Shown: positions 20,238 to 29,257 of the stretch, piece after piece
How positions within the stretch are numbered: the stretch's first letter is position 1
How the letters are laid out: every line of letters starts with the position of its first letter
DNA from: a virus
Strand: one strand, 5' to 3'
DNA: 64,000 nucleotides
Virus record (IMG/VR): IMGVR_UViG_3300011429_000004
Location: 331 to 64,330 of that record
Program-made: the position numbers and the translations under genes
Notes under the pieces: model-generated
Databases searched by the model: none
What the model saw: only the letters and a program-made list of their open reading frames with translations
Told to the model about the DNA's origin: nothing

Positions 20238-22016
20238 ATGAATATAGCCGTACCTACGTCACAACTATATGTTGATGGCGCTGACTCTCCTTTAACGCCA
20301 TATGGACAAGAACTAAGATACTTCGATCAACTTCACCAAGAAAAATACCGAGATAGTAACCAACCTAAGGCACATCATACAGAGATTTTAGCCAATAATC
20401 TAGCTAGTGATAGTACTCATTATCTTAAAATATATGATGCTCTTAGGTTTAACAGATTTCTCCCAGCGGGAAGGGTCCAAGCAGCACTAGGAGCAACAGA
20501 ACGTGAAGTATCTCCCTTTAATTGCTCTGTATCTCAGCGCATTGAAGATAGTATGGATTCTATTATGGCGGCATTGGGCAATGCTGCAAAAATACTCCGT
20601 CTCGGTACAGGAATTGGATATAACTTTAGTAATCTCAGACCCCAAGGCGCCGAGATTAGGAAGCTTAAAACTCAATCATCCGGCCCACTCTCATTCATGA
20701 AAATCTTCGATGTAATGGCTTCCACCATTGCATCGTCTGGTCACAGACGCGGCGCACAAATGGGGATTATGAATGTATCGCACCCGGATATCGAAGCGTT
20801 TATTGATGCGAAAATGCAAAAAGACGCATATAGACAATTTAATCTCAGTGTCGGAATTACAGATGATTTTATGCAATGCGTTGAAGAAGATAGAGAATGG
20901 GCACTCAATTTCAACGGACAAGTCTATAGAACTATTAAAGCAAAAGAGCTTTGGGAGAAAATTACAAAAAATGCTTACAATAGTGCAGAACCAGGAATCC
21001 TCTTTATAGATAGATTTAATAAATCTAATAACTTATACTACTGCGAACAAATAGAGGCTACTAATCCCTGTGCTGAGCAACCCCTTCCTCCTTATGGATT
21101 ATGCACTCTTGGCAGCTTTAATCTTGTTGCTTATGTGTATAATAACGGAGAAGAGATAGGGTTTAACCATGAATGTTTTAAACATGACATTCATACAATG
21201 GTGGAAGCCTATGATAATATATTTGACGACGCCGTATATGCCATACCAGAGCACGAAGCAGAAGCTAAAAGTAAACGTAGAATTGGACTGGGGCTTACCG
21301 GGATCGCAAATGCCATCGAATATCTCAGTGGCAGACCTAACTACGGAGAAGATGATTTTTGTGACAAATTATCAAAAATTTGTGAGATGCTAAGAGATGA
21401 AACCTATCAAGCAAGCGTCAACTTGGCAAAGAGACGAGGACCTTTCAGGCTTTATTCAAGTGAATATACAAAAGGGAAATTTATCCAAACTTTGCCTGAT
21501 GCCTTGCAATCTGAAATTAACAAGCACGGTATACGTAATTCGCACCTTATCAGCTACGCACCTTGTGGTACAATATCCCAAACTGCCGGAAACATTTCTT
21601 CGGGCGTGGAACCAGTATTTCACTACGAACAGTCACGAGATGTGTATATGAAAGAGGGCAAGGTTAATGTCACGATTAAAGATTATAACTACCGAACTCA
21701 TGGATTTCTTGGGAAGACTCTTGAGCGGTGTAGTGTCAGTGACCATATGGCTGTTGCTAACGTTATTCAGCATTTTTGTGATAGTGCAGTGTCAAAGACT
21801 GTTAATGTAGCTAGTAATTGCTCCTACGAAGAGTACCAAGAAATATATAAAGAAGCGTATAGAATAGGTCTCAAGGGGATCACGGTCTACAGGCCAAATG
21901 ATTTAAGAGGGATAGTTATTAAAGCGGCTGACGTTAAAGAAGAAATTATAAAACAAGAGGGATGCTCATTTGAAAGCATCCCTACTAGCTGCGTAAACGG
22001 CGCTTGTTCACTCTAG
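20238..22016 (+). CDS. Ribonucleotide reductase catalytic subunit. It is probably a monomeric class II (B12-dependent) NrdJ-like enzyme, since no beta-subunit gene is adjacent.
   Basis: Motifs NPCAEQPLPPYGLCTLGSFNL (active-site NPC[GA]E and CxLGSxNL) and FLPAGR, plus a C-terminal Cys pair. The annotated ORF start at 19968 lies in the GC-rich leader; the real start is probably the ATG at 20238 (MNIAVPTS). Confidence 0.65.
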   Translation: MNIAVPTSQLYVDGADSPLTPYGQELRYFDQLHQEKYRDSNQPKAHHTEILANNLASDSTHYLKIYDALRFNRFLPAGRVQAALGATEREVSPFNCSVSQRIEDSMDSIMAALGNAAKILRLGTGIGYNFSNLRPQGAEIRKLKTQSSGPLSFMKIFDVMASTIASSGHRRGAQMGIMNVSHPDIEAFIDAKMQKDAYRQFNLSVGITDDFMQCVEEDREWALNFNGQVYRTIKAKELWEKITKNAYNSAEPGILFIDRFNKSNNLYYCEQIEATNPCAEQPLPPYGLCTLGSFNLVAYVYNNGEEIGFNHECFKHDIHTMVEAYDNIFDDAVYAIPEHEAEAKSKRRIGLGLTGIANAIEYLSGRPNYGEDDFCDKLSKICEMLRDETYQASVNLAKRRGPFRLYSSEYTKGKFIQTLPDALQSEINKHGIRNSHLISYAPCGTISQTAGNISSGVEPVFHYEQSRDVYMKEGKVNVTIKDYNYRTHGFLGKTLERCSVSDHMAVANVIQHFCDSAVSKTVNVASNCSYEEYQEIYKEAYRIGLKGITVYRPNDLRGIVIKAADVKEEIIKQEGCSFESIPTSCVNGACSL

Positions 22017-22520
22017 AAGGTCTGTTACAGCGTTTATAACTTCTAGGATAGAGTCAATTTCGTGAGGTTCGTTCTTGTACATAGCGATCATTTGATCGCG
22101 AATTACAGGATCATAGTGACGAATAATCTTAATTTCCATTTTTTCGCCAGTTGACGACTGAGTAATACCCTCTTTTAAATTTTTATCAGTGAGTCTAGAC
22201 CAAGTTTGTAGGTCTAGAGTAGCATATTCACGACGCCGCCAAATCCACTCAGAGATATTTTTGGTTACAGCCTTGCCACCAAGGTTAATTGTCACAGCTG
22301 TAGCGAGATTAGTCTTTGTGATAGCTGTGAGTAATTTAACGTTATCTTGGGATAAATCTATACAAGACTGTATCCAAGATTTAATTTGTTCTGGGGTGTT
22401 AGTCCCATATAATTGGGTCTCAAAGTTAAGATTAGCGCAGTGTTGTGCGATCTTTTGCTGAAGATCAGCAATCTTTATTTTATTGTTTTTTACTGCCTTC
22501 ATTGCTTCGATTAGTTTCAC
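22008..22520 (-). CDS. Hypothetical protein.
   Basis: 170 aa ORF convergent with the RNR gene. Confidence 0.35.
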   Translation of the reverse strand: MKLIEAMKAVKNNKIKIADLQQKIAQHCANLNFETQLYGTNTPEQIKSWIQSCIDLSQDNVKLLTAITKTNLATAVTINLGGKAVTKNISEWIWRRREYATLDLQTWSRLTDKNLKEGITQSSTGEKMEIKIIRHYDPVIRDQMIAMYKNEPHEIDSILEVINAVTDLLE

Positions 22521-22806
22521 TTTTTTTCCCTTTCCAGCTTGTCTAGTCGTTTTTCTGTCTTTCGATGCTCAGTAGCACTAATAAGACAGTATACCCCTAT
22601 AATCATTAGTATTACATCTCTCCATTCCATTTTACACCACCTGCAAGAGAAGCCTAGGAAGTTCCGCTTTAGTGTAAACTAAACTTGTCCTAGGTCATTT
22701 TGATCGCGTCCTTAATACTTATTTCTTGTCGTCTTGCTGGGGATTGATACTTACAAAGCCCTTAAGCCTTACGACTTGCGATCTTACGTTTGGCTCCATT
22801 TCATTG

Positions 22807-22879
22807 GAGCCGCTAATAGGAATCGAACCTATCACACCCTGATTACAAGTCAGGTGCTCTACCAACTGAGCTATAGCGG
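22807..22879 (-). tRNA. tRNA-Thr (anticodon TGT).
   Basis: The reverse complement folds as a cloverleaf: acceptor GCCGCTA/TAGCGGC, D-arm GCTCAGTTGGTAGAGC, anticodon loop CTTGTAA, T-arm ATAGGTTCGATTCCTAT. The ORF at 22719-22916 is its translation artefact. Confidence 0.8.
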
Positions 22880-23059
22880 CGGTTAAGTGGTATGTGTTGC
22901 ATGTAGTACCGAGCAACGGGCGGTTTACACTTCTGCGGTTTTGTATCTTCTTACATTGGCCAGTACTCTCTATACTACGGGAGAATTTTGGTCAATGGTT
23001 AACAACCTCGATCACGAAAACGTGATTGACTTTTGCCTCTCTCTATGCTATAGAGGCAC

Positions 23060-23548
23060 ATGTCTGATCGTCCAAAAATCAAAGAAGTCTTAGCCGCACT
23101 ACAAGATGTGGTGGGCGATATGGTCATTACCCTACAAGCCCTAGATAAAAACGACATACCTACGCTTTTGGCTGCATACAAGCAGCTTAATGAGGTAAAA
23201 GGTATCACAGATGATCTTTACAAGACTGTAAATGAGCAATACCAGAAACTATCTTACGAGGTAATTCCTGATGCCTTTGAAACCAACAAATTCGATTCGG
23301 TTAAAGCACATGGAAGAAACTTTGTCCAGTCAGTACGAATTAATGCATCTATACCGGAACACATGCGCGAAGCTGGACACAAGTGGATTAACGAAGTCGC
23401 AAAGGTCCCAGAACTCATTATACCTAATGTCAATCCTAGATCACTCAGTGCTTTTGTTAAAGGATACTTTGAAGATAATGCAATGTGGCCCCCGGAAGAT
23501 GCGATAAAAGTACATAAACAAAGATACATTAGTATAAGGAAGACCTAG
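23060..23548 (+). CDS. Hypothetical protein.
   Basis: 162 aa ORF. Confidence 0.35.
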   Translation: MSDRPKIKEVLAALQDVVGDMVITLQALDKNDIPTLLAAYKQLNEVKGITDDLYKTVNEQYQKLSYEVIPDAFETNKFDSVKAHGRNFVQSVRINASIPEHMREAGHKWINEVAKVPELIIPNVNPRSLSAFVKGYFEDNAMWPPEDAIKVHKQRYISIRKT

Positions 23549-23679
23549 ATGTGGGTACTAGTTATATTATACGCAGCGTATCAAGTAGGGGCTGCGGTAA
23601 CAACACATGAATTTATATCAAAAGAGAGCTGCGAACAAGCGGGTATAGAAATAAAGAAGGTTATGTCTGTAAAGACGGT

Positions 23680-24027
23680 GTGCGTAAAAAGATGAGCTAC
23701 ATCTGCGAACTCTCAGAACTAAAATCTTTTATTAATACAGCTAAACCTAATGATAAATTTATATACTACACTGGCTTTTCTCTTACCCAAACCATAATGT
23801 CCAATGAACTAAGGAAAATTACTTACGAGTACGCCGTTAAAGGCGAAGTGTACTTAGTACAAAAGAGGTATCAAAATACCTTTGATTTTATGGTAATTAA
23901 AGCCAGTAAGAACCCTATCTATAAATTAATACCTTTTAGTGACGAGAAGAGAAAAGAGCATCTTAGACCTGTCAGACTGCAACCACGAAAGGCAAGAACC
24001 TATGAGTACAAATCTAGTCAAGTCTAA
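23680..24027 (+). CDS. Hypothetical protein.
   Basis: 115 aa ORF. Confidence 0.3.
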   Translation: MRKKMSYICELSELKSFINTAKPNDKFIYYTGFSLTQTIMSNELRKITYEYAVKGEVYLVQKRYQNTFDFMVIKASKNPIYKLIPFSDEKRKEHLRPVRLQPRKARTYEYKSSQV

Positions 24028-24841
24028 TGGAGCTACTGAAGTAATTCCGTTTGACACTACACCTGATTACCTTCCTGCTACCACTAAGAATACTGGCATA
24101 GAAGGACTCGGCAAAGACGACTACAAAACCCCGAGGATTCTTCTCTTGCAGGGTTTGTCTCCTCAACTTACAAATTTCCCAGAGACAGCTAGAGCAGGAC
24201 ATTTTTGGCATACTGGACTTAATGTTTCCCTTGGGGACGAGTTTACTTTTGTCCCGGTTACTGTTAATAAGCGTGTTATTTTATGGCGCCCTCGCAATGA
24301 TAATAATGGGGGTATTTTAGCCTTCTCTAAGGACGGCATCAAGTGGGATACAGGGGCCAATCAAAAGTTTCAGGTTAAACTCAGAGACAGAAAAGAAACT
24401 GTCACCTGGGACACAGGTAAAGATGTTAATTCTTCTGGCCTCACTATGTTTGGTACTGCTGATCCCGATAATAGTGAGAGTGGACCAGCTGCTACTACTG
24501 TCTACGAGTATCTTATTTATCTCCCAGAGCACCCGGAGTTATCCCCTTGTGTTATGGGAGTATCTAAGACAGGGCTACCTAATGGTAAGGGGTTTAATAC
24601 GTCCCTTATGACTATCGCCCGTACAGGCAAGCCTGTAAACTGTGTAGCAGTGCGCGCTTTTGCCGAAGAGAAATCAGGCGATGGCAATAAGTGGACTGTG
24701 CCTAATTTTAAACTCTTGGGTTGGGCTCCTAAGTCCGCTATGGAAGTAGCTGCTAAGATGGCTGAAACCTACGCAGACTATAAAGTTGAATATACAGAAG
24801 ATGACGCCTCTGCACCGTCTGTTGACGAAATAAAGTATTAA
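23939..24841 (+). CDS. Hypothetical protein. The internal ATG at 24002 (MSTNLVKSNG) is a plausible true start.
   Basis: 300 aa ORF. Followed by a perfect GC hairpin. Confidence 0.4.
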   Translation: MTRREKSILDLSDCNHERQEPMSTNLVKSNGATEVIPFDTTPDYLPATTKNTGIEGLGKDDYKTPRILLLQGLSPQLTNFPETARAGHFWHTGLNVSLGDEFTFVPVTVNKRVILWRPRNDNNGGILAFSKDGIKWDTGANQKFQVKLRDRKETVTWDTGKDVNSSGLTMFGTADPDNSESGPAATTVYEYLIYLPEHPELSPCVMGVSKTGLPNGKGFNTSLMTIARTGKPVNCVAVRAFAEEKSGDGNKWTVPNFKLLGWAPKSAMEVAAKMAETYADYKVEYTEDDASAPSVDEIKY

Positions 24842-24880
24842 CCATTCCGGGCTATTGTGGATTATCCCGTAGCCTGGATA

Positions 24881-24915
24881 GGGGAGGGGAATGTGCCCAC
24901 GTTTCCCTCCCCCAC
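24881..24915 (+). terminator. Perfect 10-bp GC-rich hairpin (gggaggggaa / ttccctcccc) after gene 23939-24841. Candidate terminator/processing site without a U-tract.
   Basis: Stem seen directly in the sequence. No T-run, so intrinsic-terminator status is uncertain. Confidence 0.3.
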
Positions 24916-25182
24916 AACGCTGGGGATTAAATATGGTACATCTAATAGGAAGGCTCCTAGAAATGGGTAAGAATGTCGGAAAAAAGAAAGGGCGATCAGC
25001 CCGCAACGGTAATGCGCCGTCACCATATACCAAGTACAATAAGATGCCCTATGTATATAGTGGCGCTTATCATGAGTGGCGTCGAAATAGGCTTGCAGGT
25101 AAAGCACCTGCGGCTATAAAAGATAAGAAATACAGCTATCAAGAGGCAGCGGAGTAACTTACCGCTATCAACCCCTGAGGAA

Positions 25183-25267
25183 GCGCTCATGGCGAAATTG
25201 GTAGACGCAACAGACTTAAAATCTGTCGGGAAATCCCGTGTGGGTTCAAGTCCCGCTGAGCGCACCA
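25183..25267 (+). tRNA. tRNA-Leu (anticodon TAA), with a long variable arm and encoded CCA.
   Basis: GCGCTCATGGCGAAATTGGTAGACGC...anticodon loop CTTAAAA...variable arm CGGGAAATCCCG...GGTTCAAGTCC...GAGCGCACCA. Confidence 0.8.
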
Positions 25268-25762
25268 ATGTCTAGATATCATACTCCAATTCAACCTTTA
25301 AATAATATACTAGACTATATAAATAAAAATTATTTTTATAGAATAGATGGAACAGTAATTAGCAAAATTACTTTGAATGTACTTGGCTGTGATGATGGAC
25401 AAGGGTATTTACATACAACTGTATGTGGTAAATCACTAAGATTACACCATATAGTTTGGTTTTTAAACAAAGGAGAGTGGCCTAAACATCAATTAGATCA
25501 TAGGGATTTAGATAGTTATAACAATAGAATAGATAATTTACGTGAAGTTAACAATAGCATACAAGCCAGAAACAAGAGAAAAACAAACAAAACTGGACTT
25601 ATCGGAGCGTATAAAGTTAAAGATGGCTATCAGTCACAAATATGGAAAAACAATAAAAGGTACATTTGTGGATATTATCCAACAAAACAAGAAGCACATG
25701 AGGCGTACAAGAAAAAATATTTAGAACTATGGGGAGTAGAGTACGCAGATGCAAAACAGTAA
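25268..25762 (+). CDS. HNH homing endonuclease with an AP2-type DNA-binding domain. A mobile element inserted between two tRNA genes.
   Basis: HNH_3 motif LHHIVWFLNKGEWPKHQLDHRDLDSYNNRIDNLREV followed by an AP2-like GAYKVKDGYQSQIWKNNKRYICGYYPTKQEAHEAY. Starts at the base after tRNA-Leu and ends one base before tRNA-Gln. Confidence 0.6.
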   Translation: MSRYHTPIQPLNNILDYINKNYFYRIDGTVISKITLNVLGCDDGQGYLHTTVCGKSLRLHHIVWFLNKGEWPKHQLDHRDLDSYNNRIDNLREVNNSIQARNKRKTNKTGLIGAYKVKDGYQSQIWKNNKRYICGYYPTKQEAHEAYKKKYLELWGVEYADAKQ

Positions 25763-25763
25763 T

Positions 25764-25839
25764 AGCCGCTTAGCTCAATTGGCAGAGCATCTGATTTTGA
25801 GTCAGAGGGTTATAGGTTCAAATCCTATAGCGGTTGCCA
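25764..25839 (+). tRNA. tRNA-Gln (anticodon TTG), with encoded CCA.
   Basis: AGCCGCTTAGCTCAATTGGCAGAGCATCTGATTTTGAGTCAGAGGGTTATAGGTTCAAATCCTATAGCGGTTGCCA. Acceptor and anticodon stems pair. Confidence 0.75.
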
Positions 25840-25956
25840 TATTTAATAAGTATAGAAAAGGTAAGAGGGTATATAACTTTGGCAGCTATCTTTGGATAGC
25901 TCCTACACAACCAATGGCGCAAAGAAGAGCTTATAAAAAATGGATACCGACTTTCC

Positions 25957-27789
25957 ATGCACGATAAAATAGAAAAGTTCTTTAAGATACTTACCCAAAT
26001 TAAAGAACCAGCCTATGACGTAGAAACTAACGGCCTCGACTGGAAAAGGTGCTACATCTGTGGTTATTCTGTTTCCGACGGTAGTGAAAGTGTATATATC
26101 CCCGTTCGTCATAGTTCTGGCAATATTGACCTGGTTAATGATTTTGAGCATGAGCTTGCTCAGTCTATTAAAGCTCATACTGGCCGTATTATTGGGCACC
26201 ACATTAAATTTGACGCGCATTTTAGCGAAAACCATGGCGCTATTCTCGGAAACAAAGTAGAAGATACTATGGTTCAAGAAGCTCTTTTAGATGAGCATCA
26301 AAGAAGCTATTCTCTAGAAAACATATGTAAAAAATATGACATCGTTCCAAAATTAGGAAAGAGATTATATGAGCATATATCTCAACAAGTTGGATGCAAG
26401 CCAGATCGTAATGCTATGGCTCACTTTCATACCCTTGCTGGTAACGATCCCCTTGCCGTCGAATATGCAGAAGGAGATACACTTACTACTAAGCAATTAC
26501 ATACAGCACAAAAGAAAAAACTCTATGCTCAACAACTTGATACAGTGGTTAACCTCGAAAACGAACTTATTTACGTTCTCCAAAAAATGGAGCGTAGAGG
26601 CATAAGAGTAGACCTCGAAGAGGCAGAAAGAGTTAAAATACAAGTAGAAGAACTCTACGATGAAGCCTACTCTAAACTTATAGTGGCTACAGACGACGAC
26701 TTTGGATACGAATTTATAAACGTAAGGTCAGCCAAAGACCTCAAACAGTACTTTGAAATGTGCGATATAGACGACTGGCCTATGACTGCGCCTACTCAGA
26801 CGCATCCTGATGGACAGCCTAGCTTTAATAAAGACTTTCTTGCTACTACGCAAGAGGGTCTTAACATTATGAATGTCAGAAAATATTCTCACCTTAAATC
26901 TTCTTTTTTAGACCCTTTAGATAGGTTCATATATAAAGGTAAGATACACACTACCTTTAACCAAACGATAGGGGAAACCCATGGAACTAGGTCTGGCCGT
27001 CTTTCTTCTAGTCATCCTAATCAGCAGCAAGTTCCTAAAAGAGATAAGCAACTTGGTTCGATTTATCGTAGGATGTTTGTGCCTAGTGATAATTATTTTC
27101 TCATTGAATATGATTATTCTCAAGCTGAACCAAGATTATATTCTCACTACTCTGATGAGCCGGCGCTCTTAAAAGGGTATAATAGTACACCGTTTATAGA
27201 TATGCACACTATAGCGGCTGAGTACATGAACGTATCTAGAGACATAGCCAAGAACTTAAACCTAGGCATAATGTACACAATGGGGCCAAAGAAACTAGCA
27301 ATCAAACTAGGGATATCGTATGACCAAGCAAAAGCTATTCTTGATAGATGGATGCAAACTTTTCCAAGAGTCTCCAACTACGACAGAAACAATCCTGGGT
27401 TTACCCAAAAAGCACAAAAAGTCGCGCAAGACAGAGGATACGTCAAAACTATACTTGGTCGCAGGGCTCGCTTTCCTGATCCTGATTTTGCATACAGGGC
27501 TGCTAACCGAATTATACAAGGTTCTAGTGCTGATGTACTTAAGTATAAAATGGTAGAAATCGATAGATATCTAGTAAACAATAAATTAGAGGACGTGTGT
27601 AGAATGCTTCTTACTATTCATGATAGTCTTGTATTTGAAATACATAATGATCGTAAAGACTTAATTAACGTAATTAGAGACATAATGGAAAGGGTGCAAG
27701 TACCTCCTTTTAATCTTAAAGTACCTATGCCTGTAGACTTCAAATCAGGTGACAATTGGAGCACAGCGACCTATGGCACTGTTTCTTGA
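25957..27789 (+). CDS. DNA polymerase I family A (T7-like), with a 3'-5' exonuclease domain.
   Basis: Exo motifs DVETNGL, HHIKFDAHF, YAEGD. Pol motifs RLSSSHPNQQQVP, DYSQAEPRL (A), RDIAKNLNLGIMY (B), IHDSLVFE (C). Confidence 0.85.
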   Translation: MHDKIEKFFKILTQIKEPAYDVETNGLDWKRCYICGYSVSDGSESVYIPVRHSSGNIDLVNDFEHELAQSIKAHTGRIIGHHIKFDAHFSENHGAILGNKVEDTMVQEALLDEHQRSYSLENICKKYDIVPKLGKRLYEHISQQVGCKPDRNAMAHFHTLAGNDPLAVEYAEGDTLTTKQLHTAQKKKLYAQQLDTVVNLENELIYVLQKMERRGIRVDLEEAERVKIQVEELYDEAYSKLIVATDDDFGYEFINVRSAKDLKQYFEMCDIDDWPMTAPTQTHPDGQPSFNKDFLATTQEGLNIMNVRKYSHLKSSFLDPLDRFIYKGKIHTTFNQTIGETHGTRSGRLSSSHPNQQQVPKRDKQLGSIYRRMFVPSDNYFLIEYDYSQAEPRLYSHYSDEPALLKGYNSTPFIDMHTIAAEYMNVSRDIAKNLNLGIMYTMGPKKLAIKLGISYDQAKAILDRWMQTFPRVSNYDRNNPGFTQKAQKVAQDRGYVKTILGRRARFPDPDFAYRAANRIIQGSSADVLKYKMVEIDRYLVNNKLEDVCRMLLTIHDSLVFEIHNDRKDLINVIRDIMERVQVPPFNLKVPMPVDFKSGDNWSTATYGTVS

Positions 27790-28104
27790 ATGGGCCAACA
27801 ACTCTTGGGCATTAGTTTGTTTTGGTGTAATCATAGGAGCTTTTGGAGGATTAATGTACCGAGCCTCCGAAGTAATGAATCTATCGTATATATGTTGGGA
27901 CTTACAAGGTAAGGTAGAAAACCTAGAAGAGGAGCTAAAGAGAAAAAATGAGGTACTTCCAGTACACGAACACCGTGAGGGACTTAGACAATAAACTAAG
28001 GCCGTGGGAGGATCACGATGCTCTTTGTTATTATGATATGATTCATAATAGTCGTGATTCAAACTATGATCCAGACTATGAAAGTGGAGCAATAGAGATT
28101 AAAA

Positions 28105-28611
28105 ATGAAGAACGAAGCAGCCTTCAAAAGCGCGTTCAAAAAGTCCGTTAAAGCTCAGAAAGGTTTTTGTTTATCCCTTGCTGCTCCTATGATAGCAGGA
28201 ATACCAGATTTATATGTGGTGATTAATGGTTTTATACCTGTGCTCCTAGAGGCTAAGTGGCTAGGTGAAGTAAATCAAGCTAAATTCACTAGAAAAGTAG
28301 CGTATAGTGAAATACAGAAGCATTGGATCACAGAGTGTAATAAAGTACAACCATATACTGCCCTTGGGTTAGTTGGTCTTAAGTACGGTAGGAGCTTATA
28401 CTCTTGTTATATACAAGAAGTTTACAAAGGAGATAATTATATTAGCTCTACTACAGAACATTTTGTAAACATGGTAGATAGCCATTTCGACGTTATACAA
28501 CTGTTTGAATTAATTAAGGTTCCAAAAGTTAACAAAGAAGTAATACATATGGTGCATAGTGATATAAATGTACCGCAACCTAATCAAGGGATACTCAGGG
28601 ATGCCACGTAG
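28105..28611 (+). CDS. VRR-NUC / PD-(D/E)xK family nuclease candidate.
   Basis: GIPDLYVV ... LLEAKW matches the PD...(D/E)xK core. Confidence 0.4.
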   Translation: MKNEAAFKSAFKKSVKAQKGFCLSLAAPMIAGIPDLYVVINGFIPVLLEAKWLGEVNQAKFTRKVAYSEIQKHWITECNKVQPYTALGLVGLKYGRSLYSCYIQEVYKGDNYISSTTEHFVNMVDSHFDVIQLFELIKVPKVNKEVIHMVHSDINVPQPNQGILRDAT

Positions 28612-28801
28612 ATACGGAAATGAACAAATACGAGCTATAATGGTGCAGGAAATAACAAAAGTACTTTATCCTGTGCTTATACCTATAGAACAACAATGTG
28701 TACAAACACAAACTGAAAATAGAAAACAAATTGAGTACATAGCTAATCAAGTTTGGACTATGTTTATTGATTTAAAGGAAGACCTTGGGAGAATAAAGTA
28801 G

Positions 28802-29257
28802 TTGAACATCGAAGAAGAACTAGATGGATTTAAACTATGCTTGAAGTGTCTTGAAGTCAAGGATATAGATGAATTTGGTAAAAATAGATATAAAAAAGAC
28901 GGTAAGCATGTGTATTGTAAATCATGTGTGCTTATTATAGACAAAAACAAAAGAACAATAAATCCAGATAGGCATAGAAAGTACAATAAAAAGCATAGAG
29001 AAAAGTACCCAGAAAAAGAAAGAGCAAGACACATATTTCGTAAGTACAAATTGACTAAAGAACAATATGAGAACCTGCTGAAACAGCAAAATAATTGTTG
29101 TGGAATATGCAGTAAACAATTTAGGAGCACTCCTAACGTAGATCATAACCACATTACAGGTAAAGTTCGTGGACTACTTTGTAATTATTGTAACAGTATG
29201 TTGGGATGGTACGAACTAAACGATGAAAGGAAAATTCAGGCGTGGACTATGAAATAA
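28802..29257 (+). CDS. Endonuclease VII-family (T4 gp49-like) Holliday-junction resolvase / HNH-like nuclease, copy 1.
   Basis: CCGICSKQF...VDHNHITGKVRGLLCNYCNSMLG Endonuclease_7 signature. TTG start in the ORF track. Confidence 0.55.
   Translation: MNIEEELDGFKLCLKCLEVKDIDEFGKNRYKKDGKHVYCKSCVLIIDKNKRTINPDRHRKYNKKHREKYPEKERARHIFRKYKLTKEQYENLLKQQNNCCGICSKQFRSTPNVDHNHITGKVRGLLCNYCNSMLGWYELNDERKIQAWTMK

Noticed and set aside
22719-22916. 65-aa ORF (minus strand)
   Set aside because: Its peptide (AQLVEHLTCNQGVIGSIPI) is the classic translation artefact of a tRNA gene. The locus is tRNA-Thr.
25020-25268. 82-aa minus-strand ORF and 25749-25967 plus-strand ORF
   Set aside because: Both are translations through tRNA-Leu and tRNA-Gln sequences (AGLEPT / LAQLAEHL...VIGSNPI signatures), not genes.
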